The notes under the pieces are model-generated. The model was given only the letters and a program-made list of their open reading frames with translations. It made no database searches and was not told the origin of the DNA. Below, piece after piece: positions 9,891 through 20,034 of a stretch of DNA of 34,830 nucleotides (positions are counted from its first letter, which is position 1; each line of letters opens with the position of its first letter). Position numbers and translations under genes: made by a program. This DNA is from a virus (taxonomy: Duplodnaviria > Caudoviricetes), in IMG/VR virus record IMGVR_UViG_3300023184_000322, positions 1 to 34,830 of that record; one strand, given 5' to 3'.

Positions 9891-11387
9891 TTAGTTATAT
9901 AAATATATTGTTGCTGCTGTTCTAACGTTTGTTGCTCCATTATTACTGTTTAAAGAACATGCAACATTATCTCCAGCATTAATATTAATTGGAGGAGTAA
10001 AAGAGCCAGTAAATGTAAATTGATTTTGTCCGTAAGAGGCAGAAATTGCACTATTAATTATTCCAGTTTGATTTGGAACTGATGATGTATTAATAAATAA
10101 TCCAGTAATTCCAACTATATTATTTCCCGGTCCTGAATTTAATAAACTTATTGAAGCTTTTCTAGCAGTACAAGTATCCATTATTGGTATTAATCTTTCT
10201 GTAACAGTAGAGCTATATCCTCCGCCAACATTACTAATATAATTTTGACCAACTGTTAAATTTGCATTGCTACTTAAAAAAGTTATCGTGCTTGTATTGT
10301 ATGGAGTATCATTAAGTCTATATGTACCACTAACAACATTTATTCCAGAATTATCTATTCTTGCTATGGTTCTATTTTGTGTTGAGCCTCCAATATGAAA
10401 TTCAATATATTTATTGGGTGTTTGAGTTCCAATATCTAAATTTCCACCGTTAATAAATAAGTAACCATCATATCCAGTACCGTTAGTAAATGCTGCATCG
10501 TTATATCCACTATTATTTATTCCAAGATTAATATAATTTGAAGAATCTGTTCCGTTATTAGCTGTTATAACTAAATCTGCTGTAGCATTCGTTCCTGAAG
10601 CTCTGTTTTGTATATTTAATTGGAGATAAGAATTTCCACTACCAACTATTGATAATGGATTATTTGGTAAACCAATAGGCGCTGCACCAGAAAGTGAAAA
10701 TATTCCAGAACTAATAAAAGTTTTGACTCCACTTATGGTTTGGTTCCCAATATTATAAACCAGATTAGGAGCACTAATTGGATTTGTTAATGTAACTGCA
10801 CCGCTTGTTATAGTTATATCTACTCCAGAAAGAGATAAAGTATCAATATTGTTTAAATCTAGAGCATTAAAAATACCAGTACCAGAAACTTGAAAATTGC
10901 CAGAAATGGCATTTGCAAAAGTTTTAATTCCACTAATAATTTGATTTCCAGTATTGTAAACTAAATTATCCGCATAAAGTTTTTGGAAAGCTCCGGTATT
11001 TCCAACTATTTGGCCGTTTAAAAAAATTGATCCACCCTGATTTACTTCTAGAACAGAAGCTTCGTTTCCAGCTATAATTCGTACATTTTCATCACTGAAA
11101 CTTATATTCTGATTTGTATTACTTCCAGCAATTGTTAAAGCATTATTAGAAGCAATAAATGATCCAGCAATACTTCCTCGTCCAGATGGATATAAACTAA
11201 TAGTTGAATCTGCACTTGGGTCGTCTATATTCTTGGCAGCAAAAGTTTTAATTCCACTAATTGTTTGATCGCCAACTTTTGTAACAAAATAGTCATTGAG
11301 AAGCCCTGTACTAGCTATTGATTGACCAACGAAACCGCTTAATTCATTTTGATCTAATTGTTTAACTCTAATTAAATTGTTAGGCAT
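9891..11387 (-). CDS. Fibre-like virion protein
   Basis: Three G(D/N)QxISG(I/V)KTF repeats; Gly/Ser/Asn/Thr-rich. Confidence 0.65.
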   Translation of the reverse strand: MPNNLIRVKQLDQNELSGFVGQSIASTGLLNDYFVTKVGDQTISGIKTFAAKNIDDPSADSTISLYPSGRGSIAGSFIASNNALTIAGSNTNQNISFSDENVRIIAGNEASVLEVNQGGSIFLNGQIVGNTGAFQKLYADNLVYNTGNQIISGIKTFANAISGNFQVSGTGIFNALDLNNIDTLSLSGVDITITSGAVTLTNPISAPNLVYNIGNQTISGVKTFISSGIFSLSGAAPIGLPNNPLSIVGSGNSYLQLNIQNRASGTNATADLVITANNGTDSSNYINLGINNSGYNDAAFTNGTGYDGYLFINGGNLDIGTQTPNKYIEFHIGGSTQNRTIARIDNSGINVVSGTYRLNDTPYNTSTITFLSSNANLTVGQNYISNVGGGYSSTVTERLIPIMDTCTARKASISLLNSGPGNNIVGITGLFINTSSVPNQTGIINSAISASYGQNQFTFTGSFTPPININAGDNVACSLNSNNGATNVRTAATIYLYN

Positions 11388-11388
11388 A

Positions 11389-13314
11389 TTATTGTTCTAA
11401 TTTTTTACTATGAAAAAGAATACTTGCAACATATGTATCTATATTATGTTCTGCTGCAATTTCATGAATATTATTGATGATGTCTTGATTTTTATCTTTT
11501 GGATTATCAATATATTCTTTTGCTACAGTTTCCCAAATTTCTGGGTTTTCATTAGCTATAATGATTTTAGTTATTTCATTTGCAACTTCTTTTTGTTGAC
11601 GAGATAATTTTCTTAATAAATGCTTTTCTCTTAATGAAGATTCTACTTTATCTTGGAGTTTTGAGGCAAGAACGAAATTATTTTTAATTTTTTCAATATC
11701 AAAAAATGTCGCTTTAGATTGTTTGCCTTGTCCAATTGGATTAACGTTTTTAGTTGCTTGAGGAGTTCCTGTAGATCCAGATGGTCTACCTGCTTCACCC
11801 ATTTTAGTGCCACCAATAAGTGGTTGATATAAACCTTGATCTTTTAATTCTCTAAATTTTTGTTGAGAAGAAATTGAATCTTGTGGTTCTGGCAATCTTC
11901 CAGTTCCTATCGCTTGAATTCCTTCTTCTGGAGTTAACACCCCAAGTTCAACAAGTCTTGTGTATACTCTTGAATATTGAATATCATCTTTAAGATCAAT
12001 ATCGTCAAATTCTGGTGTTGGGTAATTTTTGAATCCAATATCTTTACTAATTCTTCTTATTTCTGGAATTAAAAATTCATTTAAAAATGTTTGGCGAGCC
12101 TGCTTTAATCTTTCTATAAATACTTGCACTTTAATACTAGTATTAGCAAACTTTTCACTTCCAATAAGAATATTATTTAATCCAATTTGAATATCTTTAT
12201 CTACAACTTCATATTTTTCTGGACCAATTAGATTACCAATATCTGGAATAACAAATTGTGCTTTTGTTGTATAATCTGCGATAAGAACTCTACCAACGCT
12301 TTGATTCTGAAATAGATTTTGCATCGCTTCAAGATTTTTTTGATTAATACCACCATTATCAGGAGTATCTCCCATAGTAATCAAAAGAACTGCTTGTTGC
12401 ATAGTTCTTGTAATTGCCATATCCATTTTTTTCATTTCTGCTTTCCAATTGATATCTTCTAATACTGGAAAACCCATTGGAACTGCAAATGGCTCGTAAT
12501 CTTGTTTTTTATAAAAAACTGCGCAAAGTCTATTTCTATCTAATGGTAGAGTTAATACTCCAACTGTTCTTTGTTTAATTAATTTTTGTGTTTCTGGAGG
12601 AAGACTTTCCAAAACTTCCTTGTCTTCATCTGTTTTAGGCTCTTTTAATCTTTCTAATTCATAATCACTTAATATTTTATAATATCTTCCTAAAGAAAAA
12701 TTAATAGTTCCAGCTATTTGAATGTCTGATGGATTTAACATTATATATCTAGCTGGTAGATTCACTGATGCTGCTTTTGATGTATTCAAACCAAATGTTT
12801 GAGTAATTTTATCTAAATCATCATCTCTAACTTTTGTATCAAATCTATAAATAAAAACGTTTCCACTACGATAATATTCTCTAAAAAATTTATCTTGAAA
12901 ATCAAACAAATTAATTTTCTTAAATAATGCTGAAAAGAAATCTCTGCTCTTTTGACTTCCGCCTTTAAAGTAAATATTGCTACAAGAAAACTCTGTCATT
13001 AAATCGATAGTATTTCTAAAAATAGCAAAATTATAATAACATTTTTGACAAAGAATAACCGCGTCGCGGATATTCATATTAGAATTAGCTTTTACGCCAG
13101 TAGAATATCTGAAAGGAATAAGTCCATCATCAATATTTTTATATCTATCAGTTCTTGCAATAGTCGATGCAGCATTTCTTCTGACAGAAGTATAGCTTGA
13201 ATCACCTGAATTTGATCCAGAAGCCTTAACTTCGTAGGATGCTTCAGATACCATTATAGGTTGGATATCTGCACTTTTGGTATCTTTTGATTCTTTTTTA
13301 GATTTTTTAGCCAT
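11389..13314 (-). CDS. Portal protein
   Basis: 641 aa immediately after terL; REYYRSGNVF and GRP motifs. Confidence 0.75.
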   Translation of the reverse strand: MAKKSKKESKDTKSADIQPIMVSEASYEVKASGSNSGDSSYTSVRRNAASTIARTDRYKNIDDGLIPFRYSTGVKANSNMNIRDAVILCQKCYYNFAIFRNTIDLMTEFSCSNIYFKGGSQKSRDFFSALFKKINLFDFQDKFFREYYRSGNVFIYRFDTKVRDDDLDKITQTFGLNTSKAASVNLPARYIMLNPSDIQIAGTINFSLGRYYKILSDYELERLKEPKTDEDKEVLESLPPETQKLIKQRTVGVLTLPLDRNRLCAVFYKKQDYEPFAVPMGFPVLEDINWKAEMKKMDMAITRTMQQAVLLITMGDTPDNGGINQKNLEAMQNLFQNQSVGRVLIADYTTKAQFVIPDIGNLIGPEKYEVVDKDIQIGLNNILIGSEKFANTSIKVQVFIERLKQARQTFLNEFLIPEIRRISKDIGFKNYPTPEFDDIDLKDDIQYSRVYTRLVELGVLTPEEGIQAIGTGRLPEPQDSISSQQKFRELKDQGLYQPLIGGTKMGEAGRPSGSTGTPQATKNVNPIGQGKQSKATFFDIEKIKNNFVLASKLQDKVESSLREKHLLRKLSRQQKEVANEITKIIIANENPEIWETVAKEYIDNPKDKNQDIINNIHEIAAEHNIDTYVASILFHSKKLEQ

Positions 13315-13334
13315 TTTACTTCAAATATTACACA

Positions 13335-15179
13335 TTATCCAAGCATTATTGGCGAAAAAGTTACGGATTCTTGTTCTTTAGGACTATTCATTATATCATT
13401 ATAACATTTTATAGCCCAATTCGCTAACATAAATGCGGAATAATTGTCTTTTCTAGCTTTATTTGCCGAAGCACTTCTTTTTAAATGTTGAGGTAAATCA
13501 AAGCTTTGCGTTCCCCTGCTTGTAGAAGAATGTTCGATTAGTACGCATTGTTTTTTAGTTTGATATATAAAATCATCTTGATTTTCTATAAAATCTAATA
13601 TACCCCAATCTTTTTTATCTTCAGTTTTCATTAATTCGATTGGAATATTTAGTCCAATTGTTTCATTAAATGCTTTTTCATCAGATGCAGTTCTACTTGC
13701 GAACCATACTTTTTTATAATCTATACAAGCTTGTAAATGTTCGTTAGCCTTACGAATAAAATTTGTAGTAAATACTTGATTAAAAGATATTTTTTTATTT
13801 TCTAAATTATATTGATTTCTTGCTACTCTTAATTGATTTTCATAATCTTGACCTTCTAGTTCTGAATTAAAATCAAAAACTTTAATTTCCAGATCTTTCG
13901 ATTTAAATAAAGAAGATTGATTGCATGCAGCTAAAAAAGTATCTGCTCCTGCATTATCAAGAATCATAAATACAATATTAAAATTAGTTAAGATATAATA
14001 AAAATAATTAACATGATTTTTTAAATTGCCAAGTCCTGCGTAAGTATGCACCAAAACTCCTTGTTTTTTTTCTTCATCATATTCCATAACGGCCATAGCG
14101 AAATAATCTGCATTTGGACTATCACTCATATTCGGATCTATACCTAAAATATATTTTTTATTTCGATCTCCTTTCATAAGTGTGTGAGGAGATTCTCCGG
14201 TTTTTAGGGTACATTCTTCCATTTTTTTTGCATTAAAATAGCTATCACTTCCGTCTGTAAACTGCGCGCAATATTCTCTTAAAAATCCACTATGACTTGA
14301 TCCGCCAGCCTGAGCTTCCTCAATAATTGTTTTATCAATCATTTCTTCTGGTAGCGCTTCATAACTCATTTGACTTACAAAATAAGTAGCTTCACCTTTT
14401 TCTGGACTATTTATTTTTTCGCACCATTCTGTATAAGTCTTGTAAAGATTTTCAAATGTATAGCTTGCAGAAGAAAGTGCTATCATTTTACTGGTATTTT
14501 CAAATACCATTCTATCTTCTTCTTTCATTAAATTTTCTTCGATTAGTTTATCTTCAAATTCTCGTATTTCCATTCTTTCTTTAATATTTTGTGGCGCAAC
14601 TAAAAATGGCATTAATACATTTTTAATAATTTCTTCTGGAAGTAAAAGAAACTCGTCAAGCACTAAAATATTTGCACGAAATCCTCGGATTTTTTCTCCA
14701 TTCAAAGGGATAGCAACAATACTGCCACCATTTATCTGCCATTCAAATTGATCATTTCTTTTAGTCTTTGCTCCAAAGCATTGACCTAATAATTCTGCTC
14801 CGGGACTTTGAACTATTTTTTCTAAATTATTAAAAATAAATCTTGCTGTTCTAAATGTTGGCCCAGCTATAAGAATTTTTGTGTTTGGTTCAAAAATGCA
14901 TTGAAGAAAACAGAATACAGCTGCCATAAATGATTTACCGCATCCGCGACCAAATACGCACATATTAAAATTTCTATTCATCATGGCTTTTAAATGTATT
15001 TCTTGATATGGAGCTAATTTAACTCCACTTATGAGTTCTGTAGAAAATCCGAGATTTGCTCTTAAAAATTTAGCTAGTGATATTTTCGCTTCTTTATCGT
15101 TAAGAAAGCCCTTAAGCTGAGATAATTCAGCATTTATATCCTTGACTTCTCTTAAATATTTGTCTGGACAATATATCAT
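13335..15179 (-). CDS. terL: Terminase large subunit
   Basis: Walker A GRGCGKS, IRGFRANILVLDE (Walker B), ILGIDP nuclease motif, C-terminal RKDNYSA. Confidence 0.92.
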   Translation of the reverse strand: MIYCPDKYLREVKDINAELSQLKGFLNDKEAKISLAKFLRANLGFSTELISGVKLAPYQEIHLKAMMNRNFNMCVFGRGCGKSFMAAVFCFLQCIFEPNTKILIAGPTFRTARFIFNNLEKIVQSPGAELLGQCFGAKTKRNDQFEWQINGGSIVAIPLNGEKIRGFRANILVLDEFLLLPEEIIKNVLMPFLVAPQNIKERMEIREFEDKLIEENLMKEEDRMVFENTSKMIALSSASYTFENLYKTYTEWCEKINSPEKGEATYFVSQMSYEALPEEMIDKTIIEEAQAGGSSHSGFLREYCAQFTDGSDSYFNAKKMEECTLKTGESPHTLMKGDRNKKYILGIDPNMSDSPNADYFAMAVMEYDEEKKQGVLVHTYAGLGNLKNHVNYFYYILTNFNIVFMILDNAGADTFLAACNQSSLFKSKDLEIKVFDFNSELEGQDYENQLRVARNQYNLENKKISFNQVFTTNFIRKANEHLQACIDYKKVWFASRTASDEKAFNETIGLNIPIELMKTEDKKDWGILDFIENQDDFIYQTKKQCVLIEHSSTSRGTQSFDLPQHLKRSASANKARKDNYSAFMLANWAIKCYNDIMNSPKEQESVTFSPIMLG

Positions 15180-16111
15180 AAGACTTTCATATCATATGCT
15201 AATTGTAAATCTATTTTTTTATAAAAACATTTACTTGCAAATATTGTTTCTATTAATCTTGTCATTTCTTTTCTTCCGTCTACAAAAAGAAATTGAAGGT
15301 TATCGTATTCTTGCAAAAGCTCTCTAACGTTGTGGAAAATATACTCTGGCGTAGCTTTAATTTTTTTACTTATATGAGGAAGATATTGAAAACTTAAAGC
15401 GTTTTGCAAAATTTCTTCAACCATTACTATTACATATGAATTATTTTTTTTTGCTTTTTCTATTTCATTTTTGAAACGATCATAATTTTTTACGCTTAAA
15501 GTGCTTATAAAATCGCTTAAACTTTTTCTTTCAATAAAACAATTACAATTGTCATTTGAACAAGTATAGTCGCCAAATGATAAAGTTTTAATTTCAAATG
15601 GTATATTAAATTTTAACCAACTTTGTTCTCGAGTATCTACATATATTATATCTTTGTGAGTTAATTTATTTTTAAAAAAATCGCCAATTAAATTTGGATG
15701 AATAAACTTATTTTCTAAACCTATAGAAGAACACAAATCATAATAATCTTTAAATATCTTATTATAAAATATAATAGAGGGAGCCATTATAGTTCTTAAT
15801 TCTATTTGAGTCGGAGAATATGTGATATTTTTATTTTGTTTTCTTTTAATTATTATATTTTTGCAATATTCTTGAGCTTTGTCTAATGGTTGTTGTTTTA
15901 ACCATTTTTTCATGTTATTTTTATCATTGAAATCATTATTTAAATATTGCTCTTTAGTTTTAAAATTAATTAATTCATTAGTTAATAAATCTCTGCGTTC
16001 AAAATATTTTTGATAATATTTTACTTTATTTAACCCATAACCCTTTAAAGCAAGATGAAGACTTTTTTCATCTTTAAACTCTTTCCCGTCTATTTTACAT
16101 ATTACGCTCAT
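15176..16111 (-). CDS. ERCC4/XPF-family endonuclease
   Basis: VDTREQ, GDY, IERKSLSDF motifs; N-terminal CxxD-x12-H finger-like segment. Confidence 0.8.
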   Translation of the reverse strand: MSVICKIDGKEFKDEKSLHLALKGYGLNKVKYYQKYFERRDLLTNELINFKTKEQYLNNDFNDKNNMKKWLKQQPLDKAQEYCKNIIIKRKQNKNITYSPTQIELRTIMAPSIIFYNKIFKDYYDLCSSIGLENKFIHPNLIGDFFKNKLTHKDIIYVDTREQSWLKFNIPFEIKTLSFGDYTCSNDNCNCFIERKSLSDFISTLSVKNYDRFKNEIEKAKKNNSYVIVMVEEILQNALSFQYLPHISKKIKATPEYIFHNVRELLQEYDNLQFLFVDGRKEMTRLIETIFASKCFYKKIDLQLAYDMKVL

Positions 16112-17202
16112 CCATTTAATATTTCGTCTTTTGAAATACCTAAAATCTTAGATTTAATCTCGTCCATTGTAGAAAGTCTGTCGATTTCTTTTTCAACTAC
16201 TTGTTTACGCATCTCTGCCATTTTAATAAGTTTATTTCTGCTATCTTCTTCTTTCCACATTTGAACAAGATTAATAATTGAAGCTGTTTCTTTTACTTGT
16301 TTGCTTAATTTATCGCTTCGTTTTACTTTAAGGTCATTATTTAATTTTTGTTGTCGATTAACGCAATCATTATATTCTTTTCTTGCAGTATTACTTGCTT
16401 CAACAAGAGCCATCGGGATTTTTCCATCTTCTTGAATAGCTAAGTCTATTTGATTTTGAAGAACATTAATTGTTTGTTGAATACTAGACGAAATAACTAC
16501 TTCCGTGCAAAGAACAATATATTGATCTACTTCTTCTTGAGTTAAGTCGCTCTTATCGTAAGTATATCTTACAAAACTACTTTCAAACAATTCTCTATCG
16601 CTTTCATTATCATAAATATTAATTTGATGGATGAATCTATGAGTATTCATGTAACCAATAACTGAATTAATATCTTTTTTATGTTTATGCGTCAATTTAT
16701 TTTTATCAATTCCATCTAAAATATATTTATTAATTTTAACTATCATTCTTTCTTCACTGCGAGGAGGTTTGTATCCTTCTGTTATTGTATTTTCGTTCTC
16801 TGTATTATTAAATTTTATATTACTTGGAATATTTTTCATATATTCTAGCACGCTTCTTGTTTCTTGCGATAAATTAGTTAATGATTCGTTTTTAAATAAT
16901 ATTTTTGCCATTTCAAGTCCTGTCATTGTATGGCAATTATTGCTAATATATTCTTTTTGTTCTATTGATAATTCAATAAGACCTTTAGCTTGGTATTCAT
17001 GGCTTTTTTTGGGTTTGATTTGTCTAGTGGCTAAGAAATTTTTAACAGCTTTACCCTCTTTACTTCTACCGTCCAAATCATCTCTTCCAAAAGCTAATTG
17101 AACTAATTCTACTAATGATGGCGGATTTTCTAAACGATTATTCCATTCATTTAGTAATTTAAGTTGTTGCTCTTCGGTTAAAATGATAACGTCTTCGTTC
17201 AT
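16108..17202 (-). CDS. Hypothetical protein (possible terminase small subunit/packaging accessory)
   Basis: 364 aa, helical C-terminus, 4-bp overlaps with both neighbours; function inferred from position only. Confidence 0.45.
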   Translation of the reverse strand: MNEDVIILTEEQQLKLLNEWNNRLENPPSLVELVQLAFGRDDLDGRSKEGKAVKNFLATRQIKPKKSHEYQAKGLIELSIEQKEYISNNCHTMTGLEMAKILFKNESLTNLSQETRSVLEYMKNIPSNIKFNNTENENTITEGYKPPRSEERMIVKINKYILDGIDKNKLTHKHKKDINSVIGYMNTHRFIHQINIYDNESDRELFESSFVRYTYDKSDLTQEEVDQYIVLCTEVVISSSIQQTINVLQNQIDLAIQEDGKIPMALVEASNTARKEYNDCVNRQQKLNNDLKVKRSDKLSKQVKETASIINLVQMWKEEDSRNKLIKMAEMRKQVVEKEIDRLSTMDEIKSKILGISKDEILNG

Positions 17203-17882
17203 GAAATATCAATATCTCCGTTATATAAGTGTTTTTTAACTTTAAAAATAATTATTTTCTTTATATTTTTTATTTGTTTATATCCAGCTATTCGATTTTT
17301 TTCACTAGTTCTGTATCCCATTAATTTTGCTGTTTGCTCTTCATCTTTACCTTCAACATACAAGTGATTATATACTTTCCATTCAATTGGTTTTAAAATT
17401 TTTTGCATTTTACAGTGAATATTTTTTGCTGCCTCATCTAAATTAATATTATTCATCGGCATATCATTTATCTCTTGAGAATGATTTTCTATGCTTACTG
17501 TTAATTTTGTATCATGTGCGTTTTTTTTAGTTTTTTCCCAATTTGCAAATAAAGGGCAAGAACTACATTGATTTTTATAAATTGCACATCCATCTTCTCC
17601 ATCTGCTGCAGCACATTTTAAACATGGTCTTGTAAAATTACTATAATTATTTCTTATTAAATTTTTTATTTGATTACTAATAATTCTATTAACCCATGGA
17701 GCTAGTGGTTTTTTAGAATCATAAAGATGCCATTTTTTATAAATATGAATTCTTAATATTTGAGAAACATCATTAAAATCCATCCAATTAATGGCTGTTA
17801 AATTCCATTTATTCTTTCTTTTAATAATTTCAGAATTTATTTCAATGATACAATTTTCAAACGTAGGCTTTTTATTAGCCAT
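17199..17882 (-). CDS. Phage sigma-70-family factor (probable late sigma) with Cys-rich insertion
   Basis: Likely start MANKK at 17882. Region-2-like KWHLYDSKKPLAPWVNRIISNQIKN, region-4-like LKPIEWKVY...EEQTAKLMG, with CLKC..C..CSSC between them. Confidence 0.7.
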   Translation of the reverse strand: MANKKPTFENCIIEINSEIIKRKNKWNLTAINWMDFNDVSQILRIHIYKKWHLYDSKKPLAPWVNRIISNQIKNLIRNNYSNFTRPCLKCAAADGEDGCAIYKNQCSSCPLFANWEKTKKNAHDTKLTVSIENHSQEINDMPMNNINLDEAAKNIHCKMQKILKPIEWKVYNHLYVEGKDEEQTAKLMGYRTSEKNRIAGYKQIKNIKKIIIFKVKKHLYNGDIDIS

Positions 17883-18303
17883 TTTTTTGCACCCTATTTT
17901 TTGGTCTAATTGAACCAGCTTCTCGTGCAAAATCTTCAAGAAATTTTTTTCTTTCGGCTTTTGTTATTTTTTTACCTTTTTGTTTCGGGCCTTTTGTTCT
18001 TGATGAAGGATCCGAAGTGCCTAAAATATTACCTATCTTTTCGCTTTTTGATTGGTCATGAATTATTTCACAATCAATTTTAGAAATTTCTGGAACATAA
18101 TCAATATCAGATCCCTCATCATCATCTTCTAAATCTAGATGTTCCTTTTGAACTGGACGAATTTTAGAAATAGTTTGTTTTTGTAATTGGACTTTATTAA
18201 CTACGAGTTTTTCAAAAGCATTGCCACAATGACTACAAAATTTTGGCTTATTTATTGAATAACTTGTAGGACCACCACATTCTGCACAATATATTTTAAG
18301 CAT
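17875..18303 (-). CDS. Zinc-ribbon protein
   Basis: YCAECG...KPKFCSHCG; promoter TTGAAA-17-TATAAT ending 7 nt before the ATG. Confidence 0.7.
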   Translation of the reverse strand: MLKIYCAECGGPTSYSINKPKFCSHCGNAFEKLVVNKVQLQKQTISKIRPVQKEHLDLEDDDEGSDIDYVPEISKIDCEIIHDQSKSEKIGNILGTSDPSSRTKGPKQKGKKITKAERKKFLEDFAREAGSIRPKNRVQKNG

Positions 18304-18339
18304 AATACTGATTATACTTTAAATTAATTAAAATTTCAA

Positions 18340-19059
18340 CTATTTAAGTTCTTCAAATTTTTCAATAATATAAGCTAAAATGTCATTTCTCATGATATCT
18401 TCTCTACCAAATTTAAATGTATGTATACCTTTATCTGAGCTTTTCTTATCATCAAAAAGGTTGTATATTTTTTCAAATCCACTATTTTTAATATCAGATT
18501 GACGAATATCTCCTATTAAAATCAATTTACTGAACCTACCCATTCGAGTGGTAATAAGCAATAAATCATGGACACTTAAATTTTGAGCCTCGTCACATAT
18601 AATATAACTAGCATTAATACTAAGTCCTCTTAAAAAACCTACTGGTAATCCTTTAACTCGTTCTTGCTTTAAAAGCATATCTACTTGATTCTTTGGAAGT
18701 AATTCGTAAAGTTTATCCATTAAAGGCTGAAGATATGGATCTAATTTGCTATGAAGATCGCCTTTAAGAAAACCTAAATTATGAGAGGAACTTTCCACAG
18801 GGTTGCGAACATAGAATATTTCACCTATTTTTTTACTATTTATAGCATTTAAAGCTGCATATACGCTAAGAAGACTCTTGGCTGTTCCTGCTGGGCCTTT
18901 ACAAAATACCATTTTAGTATTTTTATCTTGCAATAATTGAATGAATTTCTTTTGATTATCTGTCCATTGTAATTCGCGAATAGCAAGGAAACCTTCAATT
19001 TTATCTCTTTGAGGAACAGGAACTGACTTATCTTCTTTTTGTTTATGCTTTTTAGACAT
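18340..19059 (-). CDS. phoH: PhoH-like ATPase
   Basis: Likely start MSKKHK at 19059; GPAGTAKS, LGFLKGDL, DEAQN, TRMG, GDxxQSD motifs. Confidence 0.9.
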   Translation of the reverse strand: MSKKHKQKEDKSVPVPQRDKIEGFLAIRELQWTDNQKKFIQLLQDKNTKMVFCKGPAGTAKSLLSVYAALNAINSKKIGEIFYVRNPVESSSHNLGFLKGDLHSKLDPYLQPLMDKLYELLPKNQVDMLLKQERVKGLPVGFLRGLSINASYIICDEAQNLSVHDLLLITTRMGRFSKLILIGDIRQSDIKNSGFEKIYNLFDDKKSSDKGIHTFKFGREDIMRNDILAYIIEKFEELK

Positions 19060-19114
19060 TATACTTACATGTATATTTACACTACATTTTATATTTAGTG
19101 TAAATAAATTAACT

Positions 19115-19753
19115 GTGGCATATCTCAACGCAAACATACCTCCAATTGAATGTTACGTCCGTGCTAACTATTTAAGAAATCAAGAAGATAGTTTTGATAA
19201 AAAATATAAATGTTTAATTTTTGGTGTTACAAGTTTACCTAGTCAAGTTCCACTTTTTAATTTTCTAATGGAAGATGGTGGAATTTGGTGGCATGCGCCT
19301 ATTAGCGCTTTTTGTTCGAAAGAAGATGCGCCAGATATGGAATTAACTGAACTAGAACTTTGGGATAGTTTTAGTTATCATATAGCTGTAACAACTTTTT
19401 ATCTATTAGAAAATAAAGTAGTCAAATATACTGGACGAAGTGGAAAAGAATATATGGGACGTTATTTATTTACTCTCGACTGGGCGCATAGTGATTATAA
19501 TGAATTGAATTTTGGATTTAGTCAAAGACCAGATCAACATAAAGCTGGTCATGTTATAAAACTCGACAATGGCAATTTCGCAATACAACCTAATAATAGA
19601 ATTAAAGTATTCGATCCAAGCTTCGCAACAAAACCAAATGAATTATTGTTGCAAAGAAAAATAAACTCTCATATTTATACATCTGAAAATAGCCCCAAAT
19701 GGGTTACAGAAGATAGTGATAATTATGATTATAAAATACAGGAGACCAAATGA
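19115..19753 (+). CDS. Phage hypothetical protein
   Basis: 212 aa, GTG start; YLNANIPP, YLFTLDW, GNFAIQPNNR motifs that I recall from aquatic phages. Confidence 0.65.
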   Translation: MAYLNANIPPIECYVRANYLRNQEDSFDKKYKCLIFGVTSLPSQVPLFNFLMEDGGIWWHAPISAFCSKEDAPDMELTELELWDSFSYHIAVTTFYLLENKVVKYTGRSGKEYMGRYLFTLDWAHSDYNELNFGFSQRPDQHKAGHVIKLDNGNFAIQPNNRIKVFDPSFATKPNELLLQRKINSHIYTSENSPKWVTEDSDNYDYKIQETK

Positions 19754-20034
19754 ACCATAAAATTAATATAACCAATACTAACATTCTTGAGGGAGAAAAA
19801 GCTAATCCTCAAAATTGTGCAATAGCAAGAGCTATTAAAAGTAAAATGAAAAAGAAAATCAGTAGCGTGTCTGTACTACCAAGTCATGTTACTTTAAAAA
19901 TAGATAATAAAATGTTTGTTGCTAAAATGCCAAAAGCTGGCGCAGATTTTATCAAAAGATTTGATAGAGGCATAGCAGTAAATTCATTTAAATTAAATTT
20001 AAAATTTAGAAAAGGTTTTCAACTGGCCGCTTAA
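19750..20034 (+). CDS. Hypothetical protein
   Basis: SD GGAG; ATGA overlap with the previous gene; NCAIARA motif. Confidence 0.6.
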   Translation: MNHKINITNTNILEGEKANPQNCAIARAIKSKMKKKISSVSVLPSHVTLKIDNKMFVAKMPKAGADFIKRFDRGIAVNSFKLNLKFRKGFQLAA

